NCBI GenBank assembly: GCA_040954595.2
Contig: CM082582.2
Coordinates: 5,936,303 to 6,000,302 of the forward strand
Reading direction: 5' to 3'
From: Balanoglossus misakiensis
Lineage: Eukaryota; Animalia; Hemichordata
Length of the DNA stretch: 64,000 nt
Below, in pieces: positions 15,201 through 29,766 of the stretch. Under the pieces are notes generated by a model. That model saw only the letters and a program-made list of their open reading frames with translations, did not search any database and was not told the origin of the DNA. Numbering within the stretch: position 1 is the stretch's first letter; each line of letters starts with the position of its first letter. Made by a program: the position numbers and the translations under genes.

Positions 15201-18200
15201 CATAATGACACCTTTCCCATTTTGTACACGGTTCAAGAAATTACAAAACATCAAGATTTATCCTATCATTTTGCTTAATCTAATCACATTATCACTACAT
15301 CACATGATGCTTCGTGACTCTCGGAACGGTAAGATTATGCTTCTTTCAGAGTTATCACATTGTCTGAAAGAATGGCAGATTGGTACTTTGCCAATCTGGT
15401 AAAAATACCACTGGAATCTGCATTAGGAGTGTCAATAATAATGCTGTTGCCAAGCATTCATGAGTTTTTGGCCCATACAGATCTGATGTATACACTACCA
15501 CTCCAGTCTAATTGCTAAATGAAAGGTTTCCGTTTTGGCAGAATACATGTAGATGCCGAAGCTCTTGTTCGACTTCAGCAGCGGTTGCACACAATGGAGG
15601 CAACACATCATCAGAACTGACAAGACAAAGCCCATTGGTGATTTTGAAGAGATTTACATATTTTACGGCCACCGCGCAATTGTGCTTGCTTCACACACTG
15701 GAGAGGGAAACTGAAGACGGCCCAACAACTGGGTAACCTTTTCAACCACAGTCGCTCCAACCATGTACATGTATACAAAAAACGAGAGGCCAAAATTGGG
15801 CCGTTCATTACACTTTCATCCATTGTAGTACCAAGAATATGAGTCATCACGCATGCTGTCATAATGCTCAAAAGAGTCCATTGTCTGTCAAGTTATGCAG
15901 AAAATGTCACCAGGGCGAGTATGATCTGTACCGTTTCCTGTTGTGCTTATAAACGCTAGTCACTTCACCAATTGAATATGAAACTGGGACTCCACAAATA
16001 AATCCATCAACTGATGAGATAAAACCAGAAACAATTCTTGGAGATTTCACAAATGTGATAGTGATAATATCACTATTGACAGTAGCAACAATGCATACAC
16101 AAGGGGTAAAATAAACACAGTTGGGATTACATTAGACCAAATCAACTGACAGGCCATGTTCCTTTCTCTGATGAAAATGTGGAAGTCCTTATAATCTGTT
16201 CGGACACGAAATTGACTGTTTGGAATGTTTTGTACTAAAGTTTAAAAAATAAATATGTACTTTTTGTACAGAAAGCATATGTACTGTAGCAGTACTGTAG
16301 TATCTAAAGAATGCATGTTGAATTGTCCAAAATACACATCATCTTTTGCTTTATAAAGTGCCTAAGCATGCAGGAGTAAATGTCACACTTCAGTCAAAGA
16401 CTATCCCAGACTTTCCAGGAGCGAACAAACCCTGTCTGAGCAGTGAAATGTTGGAGACACAATAACATCACAACATTTAACACACAATAATTACCTCTAG
16501 TTTGAATATCTATTCAGTTCTCAAAATAGCACTTGTCTGGCTTCCTGCATACAGGTAATCTGATTCCTCAACAGGTTATTTTGGAAAGTACTTGCCCCAG
16601 TGAATAGGCTATATTTTCCATCTAAAAATAGTAGGACCGGGTCTTTTGCTCGACTGAGCATGTAAATTTCAATTTACGTAACTTTTGCACACTGTAATAT
16701 CAGGTTCTACTGATCAGGGAAAAAATGAGACTGCCGAAAAAAATCTGAATACCAGTCGTGTTGCAATATGAAGTAAAACCTAAGGTGGTATGGCAGCTCA
16801 TTTGGGTCAACTTGGTGATGAACAGAACTGGGCAAGCTTCTGAAGTCGGTCAGATTCCACTAATCAACCATGCTGGGGCACGAAGTCTTCAAAAGCTCAT
16901 GCGGTACTGTACATACCACCAAGTGGACCCAAGTGTGCAACAAATCCAAAAACTTAAACTTCCCGAGATCAGATCTCGTGATCAAGATCTCCTTGATCTG
17001 CCGCCAGTACAGGTGCATGTATTGTACTTTCTGAACTGGAGCACATGTATTTTTTTACTCATCTACTGGAACAGGTGCACGGAAAAAGAATGACTTCTAT
17101 CTTTGTATTTATTTACGTGGCACGTTGACTATAGTGTAACTGATCTGTAACATGTAAAACCTTGCGTGTGGAGGTTCTACTCAGAAAAGAGAAATTTTAA
17201 TTAAACAAGGCTTGAGCGTGTTGACCATGAAATATAAGATCTACTCTATAATTACAGGTAGTTTCCGGTGGATGTATTACTGTATACAAAACATATACTC
17301 CCGCTAAATGACAGTTCCTCTCGTCTGACAGTTTCAAGTTTCGCATCGCGATTTATTTTAGGAGCATAATGCTAATACTCCCAATGAAACAATAACATCA
17401 GCTAAGCCTCGTAATCTGTGAATTCTTGACACAGTCAAGATTGTTGCCAACATAAAATTCCAGCAGACTTATCCAGTATTTACAGTAATTTTTATCACTC
17501 AGCTATTTGGAGTGCAGTCTTCGGTGATACTGTAGTAATGTTTTACTTATTTTTAGGGCATCTTTTATTTGTATTTCTATGGATTCTTTCTCTTGGTCAT
17601 GCTGGTTGCAAAAAATTTTAATTCTGTATTCGTGGCCTAAATGATGTGGATGGTTGATCATATTCCCATGTGCATGGGATGTAGACAATGGCCAGACGCC
17701 AGCAAAACCAATCAGTTGCCAGTAAAAAAACATTACTGGCTGTGGAAATTCAATGGATAATACATAATAACTCAAAGATACTAATATCCCAAAGGGATGT
17801 TTCGTAATCATCAAGTGATTAACACTGAAATTTCAATTTTCAAGCTATTTTTAACACCATTGTCCTCAATGTGACATGAACACAGACAATTACTGTGTTG
17901 TCCTCATGATTAGCGATGGTGCCGTTATATACAACAATCTCATCAAAAATGACCAATAGGTGAGAACAGTTCTGAACCCAGCCTGTCACATTATCACAAC
18001 ACATGCTCAACAACAAAACGCAACCACGCTGTGAAAGCGAAGGTCGTCTGGCCATTTTGAACAGGTCACCGTAATAGTCACACAAAACGACATGAATGCA
18101 TTTCATAATGCAACTCACACAATCGGGGTTCTCAGACAACGGGCCTGCAATACTTACCGCATTATCAAACGTGAATTTCGCCCTTAATATCTTCCTGTAC

Positions 18201-19024
18201 AACCTCGTTCTATTCTCATCGTCAAAGGGCATAGTTCCACTGAGTAAAATGAACGTTATAACTCCCAGAGCCCACAAATCTACTAAATTTGTGTACGTCT
18301 TCCGCTGGAGTATTTCCGGAGCAATGTACTCGGGCGTCCCACAGGCGGTTTTCATAGTCATCTCGTCGCCCGCCTTTCTCGTGCTCGCCAGCCCAAAGTC
18401 AGTGATAAGTATCTTGGAATCGTTTCCCGGGTGATAATATAGTAAATTCTCGGGTTTCAGATCTCGATGTGTAATTCCTAGAGCGTGTAGGTAGCGTACT
18501 CCTTCCAACACCATATGCAACACCCGCGTCGCATCTCGTTCGGTGAAACTTCCTCTTGCAACAATCCTGTCAAAGAGCTCCCCTCCCGTGGCTAGTTCCA
18601 TCACCATGTACACCCTCTCCGGAGTTTCAAACACTTCCACAAGCTGCACGATGTTCGGGTGTCTGACTCTCCGCAGAACACCAAGTTCGGTTTCAAAGAC
18701 CTCCTTCCCTTCGCGAACCTCGATCATTTTGATGGCGTACGGTTGTTTAGTCAGTCTGTGCTCAACTCTGACAACTCGGCTGAAACTGCCCCTGCCTATG
18801 AGGGCTTTGATATCATATTTAGCCAACACTCTCGGGTCAAACTTGGCCTTATACTTGCCCATAGTCTTCTTCTTGGGCTCTCCATGCTCATTGTTGTTTC
18901 TATGGTATGTATTATTGTAGTAGTTGTTCCGACGAACATTGGGACCTGTTTCGACCGTCTTTACCCAATCCACATGCCGATCCACGGGCGAATCGGGCAC
19001 TATCTTGCTGCTTGCGCAGCCCAT
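9265..19024 (-). CDS. PSKH1: Serine/threonine kinase H1-like (PSKH1/2 family, CAMK group)
   Basis: Exon 1 18158-19024: MGCASSK...KYKAKFDPRVLAKYDIKALIGRGSFSRVVRVEH...HRDLKPENLLYYHPG...DFG...CGTPEYIAPE. Donor GTAAGT, 8.5-kb intron, exon 2 9265-9609: CWKDVSNLAKDFI...HPWL...SLKNLHRSISQNLLKRASSR. N-terminal Gly2/Cys3 acylation motif as in human PSKH1. Confidence 0.96.
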
Positions 19025-19472
19025 TTCAACGGAGCAACACATGCACTATATACATACATACCAGCAGAACACGTTTCAGATAGTGTGCTTTCGTCCAATT
19101 CAGTCGATTTCGCTGAATTCTCGCCTCATTTCATTGTCAAGAACTGTTCTGTTTACTAAAGACGCGCCACGACCTTACCATACGTAGTGAAATAAAACAC
19201 GAAGTAATTTCAGCCGCATTACGCACTAACATTAATCCCTCCGCAGGGCAAAGAAAAAAATGGCAAGTTTGCGGGTAAATCGAGAATAACGTTATTTAAA
19301 GAGTGTAAAACATCGATAAAATATTTTTGTTTATTTATTCAAGCCATTTTGAAGTTCACTAACGCGAATTTAACGGAAGAAAATGTGCAAAATCAGTGCG
19401 GAGAGATACACCATCAGCGCCATATTGAGTGCCCATCACAAAAGAATGGGGTACAAACCGGACTACCCTATG

Positions 19473-19511
19473 TGACGTCACCAAAAGACGAGCTAACCTT
19501 GTGTGACGTCA
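19473..19511. promoter_or_regulatory. Two canonical CRE sites (TGACGTCA) upstream of PSKH1
   Basis: TGACGTCA at 19473-19480 and 19504-19511, about 450 bp upstream of the ATG. Confidence 0.6.
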
Positions 19512-22500
19512 CGTCGTTATAACAACTGTGACAAGAGGTACTAATCTTATATCGTGTTGTAAATTGATATTATAAAGTTGGTGTAATTTTCCACGTCATG
19601 GCATTTATGCGGTAGGATGCTATAAAACGAAGCCAATTGAAACTTTTAAAAAACTTTCAAGAAGTTTCAAACGTAAAATGAGTGTGAAAGAATGTCATAA
19701 TGCAATGAAAATTTGCAAGTGAGCAATACCCAGAAGCAAAAATATCACAAGGAAAAAGTATTACCATTTGTATTTTGTAAATTATATGTGTTACCATCGA
19801 AGCCAGATATACTGTATATACTAAAATTCTTTTCAGTAGGAATTTTCTGCAGCTGTACACCCACACATGTCACTGTATACTGTTGCTTCTAGAAGTTCTG
19901 AAGGCCTGTGCCCCTTTACCCAAAACAAATATTTTATGCTAAGTAAAGTTTTAAAACTAGAATATAAAACATACAACTCTTCTGCATACTCATAAAAATA
20001 GAATGTTAACTGTTTTTTTTTTTTTTTGGTTTGCCAAATAGTCCACAGAATAAAATCAATCAAATGATAAAGGCCAGGTAGACTTTTTACTTGGTTACTT
20101 TGATATCACTGCTTCTACTACCAAGTTTGATTTTTGTAAAAACTTGATAATTATACATTTCTTTTTCTTCTATCAGGGGTGGAGTTCTTTGTGTCATGAA
20201 CTGTGACATTTCAGTCTTGTTTCATAATACTAGTACCGGTAATGCAGTGACAATGTACCACATATCAATTTTTCTGAAGTGCGCCCTCACAGTCTAGCCC
20301 AGGCCACACGAAAACGCAACTCAAAACTCACAAGAAAAACTATAGTTCCTCTGATATTTTTGCAAAGCGACAGATGTGGTATGCAAATTTCATTTACTGT
20401 ACCTCTTAATATAAGTTAGTGAAATTTGCAATACTTTTAAGAAAGCTTATTTCTTGCTATTTGATGGAAATACACATGTTGACTGTACAGGCGACTAGTT
20501 TTTTTTATATATAAAGCAAGTAAGTATGAACCCCAGGAAAGTGAGCAGTGATCCAAAAGGACAATATTAGTCATTCAATTAATCATTAAACATGTAATTT
20601 ACCATTTTACCAAGAGCAACTCTTGTTTTTAATACATCCAATAAATCACTTTTTTCAACTCGTTTTTAATGATTAATCCATACAAACAGACTTTTTGGAT
20701 TGAAGGTACAAATTATTTTTCACTGAGATTACTGAAATCGCAGATATGCATATATCACATAGTTTAATACTGGACCCTAGAATTTAAAATTATAGGCATG
20801 TGTAACAATGTAGTTGCAGTGGTTATAATTGTGGCACAGTAAAATTTATTCATTTTCAGACCTTCTGACCATTGAACAGTGGTGAATTCAACACTGGTCT
20901 AGACCGTAGACGACCTTGATGTTTTGTCCTTGAATAACCAAACATAATATCTCTGCTTCATCACTGGTGGCCTGTGCTCATGTAAGCTAACTCACCATGT
21001 GCTTCCCCTGGGAATTAAAATATTTAACTAAAACCCAGGTAAAAATTGTTAAGTAACGTGGCATGCAGTAGTTTTTTTTATGAAAATTTGCTCACAATGC
21101 ACATTTAGCAACAGAAAAGGGATGCTTTAGATGAATTTTTCGAGGGCAATCCAGTTGTTTCCAACTAGTATTTTCCAGAAGTTCTCAGGATTATGCATTG
21201 GACATACAGACAGACAGATTGACATATATACATGCATGCACACACATACATACACCAGAAGTTACCACTGGTATAAGCACATATGCAAAATGGGAGCTAA
21301 AAACAGACTGAATTCAAACTTTCTTTTAACTTTAATTTTATTGAAATAAAATGAACAAATTCATAGAACTGAATTACTACCAAACTACTTTATTGTTTTT
21401 TTTTTAAATACTGAGGCTGTGCAATAACAGGTTAAGAGTATATTATTTCATATTAGCTTTAAAACATTTGTCGAATTGTCACAGCCATTGGGGTCACAAT
21501 GTTTAAAAGCCAAACAAAATTCACTGAAAGATGGAAAATATCGGATATATTTCAGAGAATGCATATTATTTACAGAGGCACTTATTCTCTTTGTTTGTCC
21601 ATTTTTTCTTTGACAAATTACGCTATTAAAAATGGTGGAAGCTGTTCTCTCGTATTTAAAAAGCTTATAAAAAGCCCCTGAGATGATACATAAAATATTT
21701 TTGCACAGACTTTTGTGCAATAATTTAATTGATTCTATTTTGTGGATTATCATTAGCCAAGCAGAAATTGATTACACTGTATGTCCCTGACATTTGCGTG
21801 AAAAGGAAAATGCAGTGGCTTTTAAAAAATATTACAACACTCTTCTAGAAATGAAGGAATCTGAGCAGAAAAAAAACATGACAAAAAATGGTTGGGTACA
21901 AGTCTAGCAAAAAGAGTGTACAAACAATAAGATATATTTTTAAAGTACTGGAAATGATATATTTTAGCACAAAGGAAAGTCCATGATAACCATGGCGACA
22001 GCAACACTGCAAGCAAGAGATCACACTTAAGTACAGGTTATAAATATTAAGTACTGAGGAAAATTTCCCCCAAAACTACATGAATTACTACCTTCATATA
22101 TTGAATTGAAATTAATCTTGACCAAGGTCAAAAAAGAGATCTAATAATACATATATGGCTGCAAATTTTCAGAAATAATTCAGAAATTCCTCTAATTGAG
22201 TTTCTGCCTGTGGTACTCCTGAACAAGCCACATTGAATATCAAGCTGTACTCGTTTACCGGTAGACCATGAAATCTTCCTTCATATAGTTTGTCTTGCTA
22301 CTTGTAAAAAAAAGTTGTTCAATTATTTTGTGATGCCTTTGGCATTTACAAGGAACTGAATACAAAAATAATATTTGGCGGGATCTCATTATTATTTAAT
22401 AGAAGATGGATTTTAAACGCAATGTGTCGCTAATAAAAAATATGCCAGTACCAAACAGGTTACAGGGGCTAACTCGAACTGAAAAATAAGTCAAAAGTAA

Positions 22501-23750
22501 GCATTTTTGCCCAAATCGGACTCAGTGTACCTGAACAAACCATAAGATAGCATTTTGCAGTCTATTATCTTATGTAAAGCATAAACTAGCACCATTTATA
22601 TTTTGTGTATGTTTGCCAGGCAGACATTGAAGTACTTATGATTTCATTTTCTTTACTAAAAACACTTTACTTGTCAGCACCATAAGACACAGTAGCTAGG
22701 CACTGTGCACATCTCTGACTATGAGCTGACCAGTGAGTTTATAGATATCAAATGTGTACAAAGCCTTTGAAGTTGCATATATCTATAAAATAGTAATGGT
22801 TTTTATAAAAATTGCATCTGCAACAAACTGAAATTACTAAAAGCTTCTGAGGTAATACAGTCCATTTTCAATCAATTTATGTTATTCAGGAATAGGGAAA
22901 ATTCGCTGTGAGCAAAAAAAAAAATATTCACTGAAATATCTCTGTATAATTCACTCCTGAATTTTCTTTAATGGAAGAGTGGAAGGGATAGGCACAGAAC
23001 AAATGAATTTCTTTTGATTCATGCCTTTCTTTCATTAACCATAGTCCCCAGTGGATGCACACACAAAATCATACATACAGTGTTTATCAGGCACATTCAT
23101 GAAAATTGAAATAATTCAGCTCAATTGCGTTTGTCTTGCAAGCCTACATTCAGAAACTAACGGCCCCTTAGTCATGGAAAGGATGAAAAGGTCTTCCTGT
23201 TTGTGACCAACACATATCACTAAACTGACAAAGTTAATCAAATTATATGCACACACAAACATATTTGTTGCCAACTCATCGTGTCGTGGCATTTGACCGT
23301 CTTGTACAAAAAAGACATTGGTTCATGGAATATCTATTGGCATTTTTATGTAAATGCTAAAACAGAAGTAAATCAGCTGCCAAAGATATTTTTTTTTTGA
23401 AATGTTTTTCCCCCAATAAATAAACGACTCTGGAAACCATTTCATAAGCAGAGCGCAGACACGACCGGTCTGCAGTCTGCATTAAAAACGACACTCACAT
23501 CACCAGTCTTCTCATCAACAAATACACGGAATATTAAAAACTGAGCAACGGTTCAACGGCAACTCACATATTTGCCTTTCTGATGCGTTCTTCGCACCAA
23601 AATCCTGTACATACACTCACGCGGTTACACACCCACTCTCATGAAAGACGAGAGAAGGTCACGTATATTATCTACAATTGAATTATTGCAACAACCACAA
23701 AGTGTTCGTTTTTTACGGCTGTAGAATTTTTTTCCTGAAGGTTCCGTGTG

Positions 23751-26700
23751 CTATGTCGTGCTGGTGCTACATTTCTTTGCACTCTGCGGCGGTGTTAAGA
23801 CTCCGGGTACGAGAAGTGGACTGCTACGCGACGATGAGTATATCTCTGTTTGTCTCTCTTGCGCTTTGTCCTGTTGATACAAAAAAAGAAAGATGAATCA
23901 TCATTTCACGGTGGAAAAAAGAAGTAAGAGAGATCACTGGGAATACAATGCAATAAAAGCAAAGATATCTGCTGCTACTTTTGATATTACAAAACTGTTC
24001 GATGCCAAAAGCGAAAAAGGATGAATTCTAAAAGACTACAAATGAAAATATCACACTGTATTAAGATCTCGAAATTTGCAAATTTGGTATGGTAAAGCTG
24101 TCTAAACCAAACCTTGGAAACATGACTATACCGAACACATTTTCCTGTCCTTTTGACATAGAACCACATGTTAAAAGAACCTCTATAAACCGGACACCTC
24201 TGCAAACCAAACAATTTCTTTGGTCCCTTTGGTGTCCAGTTAAGACAGGTTTCACTGTACATTAACATGGAATCTAAGTGGGAAAACAATGGAGGCTGAC
24301 CAGCCCTATGTGCTTACCAGTGTGTTAAGATCGTTCACGTGCGTCTGGATATTGTGTGCATCTTCTGCGAGAACATGTGAAAAATACTTGAGCTGAGCTG
24401 TGCCGGATTCCCTAATTGTAATTGCAAAGACCGTCATCCACTGAACGCATGACGCTATGTCGTCCCATTTTAACCCTGCAAGAGGAGAAAGGTGAAAGGT
24501 CAACAGTTGGAAAGTTGAAGTTTATCCTTCGGTGTGCCAGTGGGTTTTAAAGGCAGACGATCGTCTTAGAAGTCCAACTGTACCAATTGAAAACAGTGGA
24601 TTTGGACCAATCCATGGTGGTGAAAGGGTAAATTTGAGATACAGTCAGTCCATCACTTATCATTTTCTTGTAGAAAACATGGACAGCAAAATCAAGGGTT
24701 GAGAATTCACGCAAGTAGCATTGATTCTTACCTGAGGCCTGTAGTGATATTTCTGGTGATGCCATGTGATACAATGCTGATGCAGCTACCACACTGTACG
24801 AGAACTGTAAACAGCCTATATCAAGCACACACAGATCTATTAGCTGTAGAGAAAAATTAAGAAAAAAGACTATTAGAACCCATACATGTAAATAAGTATT
24901 GATAATCAAAATATCTTACATTGGTGTATTTTCCTAAGTAGTTATAATCAGACTTGTTGTTTTTTATCTGTGTATAATTGAACAAGGCAATAGGTTTTAC
25001 TGAGGTATAAACTGATGTGTGTTGCTTTATGGACATAACACAATGAAAAAGACATAGTTGGAAAAAAAGTAAATATTAACAAGATGTGACTACTGGTAAG
25101 TCCAGAAAAGACAGGAGATTTTGAGGTTGTGGACTTGTAAGGGAAATATAGTACTGAAACTTACTTGCGCAACTTCCACGAACATGCTAGGTGAGTAGTT
25201 AGGAAAAGTAAAATCTTTGCCACTTTCTTCTCCTTTGTTCAGATGAGTAAGTTGGAGGTAAACATTCAGCCATGTGTTCACTGTGATGGGTGACAAATCC
25301 CAATTTAAAGCCTGCGAAATAAAATTGCCATTAGAAGACTGAACTAACAACAGGTATACTTGGTAAGCTTCTTATTGCAATTTGGCCTTGAAGAAGTTAT
25401 GTGACAGACTACATAAGTTTGACTTAATGTGTCTGATATTGATCCATTTCTTTGTGAAAGCAGTCTGGAGCGCACAGGGATATTAAACAAAATAAGATTA
25501 TCAGTGTTTCACCGGGGAGGGGGGGAATTCACCCCTATTGACATGTTTGCACCCTCAGTTTGAACATGAATATTGAGAGGTGAACACTAACCTTTAATAC
25601 AACCAATTCTTCATCTAATATTTCAGATTCTGTGCATGCACCATCAGTTACATATGCAAATTCCATTAGTTTTGGAGGATAGATTTCCTGCAAGTGAAAT
25701 AAACCAAAAAAAAAAATTTGAAAATGAGACATATCTCACAAACAAAATTGGACTGAGATGATGGACCATAAGTACCACAATGTTACTGTTCCATGAAATA
25801 TTTTTGTGCAATGTGGTGGTGGAAAGCACTTTAACCCTTTCACCACCATGGTTTGGTCCAAACCCATTGTTTTCTATGGTAAACTTGGACCTCTCTATAC
25901 GGAGGTGAAACGGTTAAACACTTTGAGCTGTGGCATACATACCTCAAGTTTTGCTGCTATGAAGAGAGCTGTGATTCCTATAAGTTGAAGTCTTGACTTG
26001 TGAACATCCTTCTGTGTGGCTAGGTATCTGTCTATGAAGTCTTGGGCGAGATAGAAGGTTTCTCTGTGTAGCCTGTAAACTTCACATACCTTGACCACAG
26101 AAAAAAAATAACAGTGCACCATTATTCATGGTTGAAAAATTCAAATATGTTTATCTTGACACCAGAGAAAGTTTTTTCAAGACACTCGATTCCATCTTTA
26201 AAGTTGACACAAAACACTTGGATTTTACATTCAAAACCCGCAATGACCTTGTGGAAGTCCAATTGGAAGGTACAGTATAGCACAACAAAATATTTATAAA
26301 TCAAATGAGCACCAGATTCAGCATGTGGGAGACTGAGAATTTTAACCCTTCCACCCCTAGTTCCCTGTGAAGCGGTCCAAATTAAACCATACAAAATGAT
26401 GGCTTTAGACCAAACTAGGGTGGTGAAAGGGTTTGATCTTCCCTGCTTCTCTCAGCCAATTCTGCTGCAGTTGGTATGGTATTTAATTATCGTCATCTGA
26501 TCAAACTGGTAGTTTCATCAGTTGGCCAGATACTACAGTTCTATACCACTGACTGTGAAAACAAAAATATGCCCGGTTTCGTGCTTACCTCTATCAGCCA
26601 GTCTAGAAGAATGGACCGCATCTTGGCTTGTAAATTCGGATGTCTGTCCAGGAACGTCTTGTCTCGCGTGTACAAACTCTCCCTCTGGACCATAACTTCC

Positions 26701-29700
26701 CACACTTCTTTGGAGTCGGCCCATTCCAGCACCGGCAGGGGGGACGACCTCTGGGAGGGCATGGGGAAAAGGTTCCGGAATTGAAACTTGGAGTGCCCTT
26801 CAAACTCGACCGGGGTGGCCAGGAGTTGCGCCTCGTGCGAAGTCAGGTCTGTCGGGACGAGGCTGCTCGTCGCGAAGCCAGAGCTCTCGGAAATGGGTAC
26901 CCAGGAGTTCTGTAGAGAATACAGAGAATAGAATTGAGTTGTGACATGTGTAATTGATAGGCTCTTTAATAGTTACTTTGGGCTTGATGAACGGAAGAAT
27001 CATGGCTGCACTTGTCAATCTAACGATCAATAATCCATCTGTAGTGTTCCCCGCTACAGATCAATTCATCCATTCTTAGGAAAAGTGAAACAGTAGTCAT
27101 GAAAAATAGATGCCCCATTAAATATTTATATTTTCCACTATTTTCGTTCCCTGCAGAGTTCAATCATTGATCCCAGCCACTCATGTTCCATGTACACTAA
27201 CATTTCACATGGTCCAGGGTCGTTCAAAAGACCACTGCAAAAAGTTTTCATTCACAGTAAAATTGCTCCTTTCATGGGTTTAGCGTGCCATACTGCGGGA
27301 TATATAGAGCATAACTGTTTTACTTGACTGGATGTTAAAGATGAAATCTTCACTAAAAGTAAAAAAAATGTCTTCAATGGAGTGTAAACTGTAAACTTAA
27401 TAGATGTTTACTTTACTTCACAATTGTGGACCAATGAAAATAATTTCCCATGCAATGTTACAAGATGGGTTTAAGATCATCCAAAACTTGAATAAATATG
27501 TTCTATTTTTATGTTTTCTCTAGAATGGCAATTATTGGAGAAACATTAATGCATCAATGGTCATAAGTACACTCAGATCCATGTATTGCTTTGCTGGTAT
27601 GAAACCAACGGAAATTTCCAAAGAGTTCCGAGCGAATAAATGTTGCTGCGTAATCACAACATTCCATGGTGCACGGATGATGGAATCAAATGAAGTTCGA
27701 ATATTACGCATTCAATGCAACCTAATTAGCAGTATTGCACCGAGAACAAACATTGCGTTTGCCTTTTTCCCTCCGTGAAATCTTTTGACTGAATGAGAGG
27801 TTATGCACCAGACAGCAGATAATCATCTCAGTTAACACTGCTGGCCTCACTGCTGTCCTTGGTTTGCACACTGCCTATGTAACATGTTTAATAGCTCTGG
27901 TCAGTCGAAAAGCCTCCAAAGGTCAAGACACTAAACACATTTTGTGTTAGGCGCATAAAGCAAAAAAACTTAGAGCAAATATCTATTCAACATTGTTTTC
28001 TTAACACGCTCTGCGCATAATGTGATATACATAACTGCTTATAACTTAATTTTGCAGTTTATGCAAGACTTCATGTGGAAGCTGATTAGGAACTCTGTTT
28101 AAAAAAATCAGAGTTCCCAAAATCTGTTTGATGAGTTGACCCAATCTATTGGCCACTCCTTTTGATATGGAGAGCAGGCATGTTATGACATGAAAGTACT
28201 CAGGATTTGTAAAAAGTAAAGAAAAAATTAAAAAACACATACGAATTTTAGAACTTTGTCTGGGTGACACGCCCAACCTATGATTACAAATCTGGTTAAT
28301 GTAGATTTCGCACTGTTACTACTAAAACACACACACACCAACTTAAAAATCACTGGTACATTGCTGATAAGGAAAGAGATATTTAGCAGTACTTAGCAAG
28401 TTGGTACATGATTGAAACTAGCTAAAAAGAATTTTCGCATTCACAGAGGTCAGCTGTGTGTGACAGTCTACCTACCTGAATATATTTAGTAAATTTAACT
28501 CGTCTAACAAGTCAGCTGGTTGGAAGAAACTGCAGTTCACTTGTACTGCGTAATGAAATGACATAATTCTTGCGACAATTTCGGATGTGAATTTCACATG
28601 GTAGAAATCTTTGACAACATAAATTTTAGGTTAACACTATCAAAGGCACTAGCTTGATTAAGTAAGCAGTGTTAATGCATTTCGTAATTTGTCTGATGTG
28701 TGTTCATTGCTCTGGTTCTTTTAAAAAACTTAATTGTTTTCTTAAAACACTTGTCACTTCAGTTTTGTGAGCCCTACCATCATAAATAATTCATGTCATT
28801 TTCTCATGAACTTGCTTGGAGAAAAAAACTTATTTTACCAGTAATACACACTGATCTAGTTTTATCCACACAGAATATATGAAATCAAACATGCTGTTTG
28901 TTTTTATGTCACCTATTTGATGTAAAATAAACCAAGATAAACTTTTTCAAACATGTAGGGTTTCACTTATGAATATTCATGAGTGCTAATGTTTGTCCCT
29001 GAAGAACTGTCACAGAGCAGAGAATCGCTCCAAAATTTTAATCGACAGACAAAAAACAATGGGAGCAGCAACAAATTGCGTCAGAACATTATTACATGCA
29101 GACTTTTATCTATCAAAATATGCAATAAGGAAATAAAACTGACATGATGTCCATTTCGCGGCAATCTATTTGGCGGGAGGCGGGCGATATGGCGCGAACG
29201 AGTGACACTCACAACAAAGACAAGAAATTCGCTAAATAATATTGAACGCCGATATTTCAGTGAAAAAGTCCTACCTGGATTTGAAATTGTTGTCTCCTTC
29301 GTAGCACGTCCATTTTCCGAGATTCCTCCTGTTAGAAACGCGACGATAGAAAAAGTTAAGAGGAGTTGACCTTACGCCAGCTGGTCGATGTGCACCGACA
29401 TGAATGAATGAATGAATGAAAATCGAAGAAAACAGGGGCGGTCGCTCCGGCGAATGAATGAGACCTCTCAGACAAGGAGCCGGGCATACTGAATAGACCC
29501 CCTCGATCTTACCTCCTCTTCGAGATCACACTCGGCTTTCCTCTTCCTCTCCACTATAAGCTCGGTTTCTTTCGCCTTCTTCGCCAAACGACCACTGCGT
29601 GAGAAATGAACGCAACACACTGCAAATTCGTGTCGTGGGTAATGTACACGATGGGATGGACGTCTTGACTTGTCTATCGGGGCGATAACATTCTTGAAAC

Positions 29701-29766
29701 AAACAGTAACTTGTACATTCCCGTACACTATACAAAACGGTCTGTCACGTACCTTTTTCTTGACAT
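23751..29766 (-). CDS. CCNE: G1/S cyclin E
   Basis: Phase-consistent exons 29753-29766 (MSRKS), 29513-29594, 29275-29328, 26589-26909, 25943-26089, 25592-25687, 25165-25311, 24732-24843, 24318-24475, 23751-23870. Cyclin box [62 protein letters not shown] and C-terminal Fbw7 degron VLTPPQS. Confidence 0.96.
24090..24260 (-). mobile_element. Tc1/pogo-like MITE fragment (TACAGTGAAACCTGTCTTAACTGGACACC terminus)
   Basis: Its reverse complement matches the element at ~52571-52750 (CAGTAAAACCTGTTTAAACCGAACACCAAAGGGAC...GTTCTATGTCAAAGGGACAGGAAAATG). Superfamily assignment is inferred from the TA-CAGT terminus. Confidence 0.65.
25831..25917. mobile_element. TTAA-CCCTTTCA MITE copy in a cyclin E intron
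   Basis: TTAACCCTTTCACCACCATGGTTTGGTCCAAACCCATTGTTTTCTATGGTAAACTTGGACCTC...GGTGAAACGGTTAA. Confidence 0.8.
26342..26434. mobile_element. TTAA-CCCTTTCA MITE copy (opposite orientation)
   Basis: TTAACCCTTCCACCCCTAGTTCCC...GGTGGTGAAAGGGTTT. Confidence 0.7.

Noticed and set aside
16000-16050. Hammerhead-like CTGATGAG...GAAAC
   Set aside because: Stems II and III cannot form.
16964-17000. Short palindromes CGAGATCAGATCTCG and GATCAAG...CTTGATC
   Set aside because: Too short to distinguish from chance or micro-duplication.
17840-18157. C-terminal ~105 aa of the 400-aa kinase ORF
   Set aside because: Read-through into the intron past the GTAAGT donor; the true kinase C-lobe continues at 9609.
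18096-19187. Plus-strand ORFs over PSKH1 (likewise over TP53INP, NAGPA and NALCN exons)
   Set aside because: Antisense shadows of real coding exons with no recognisable motifs.
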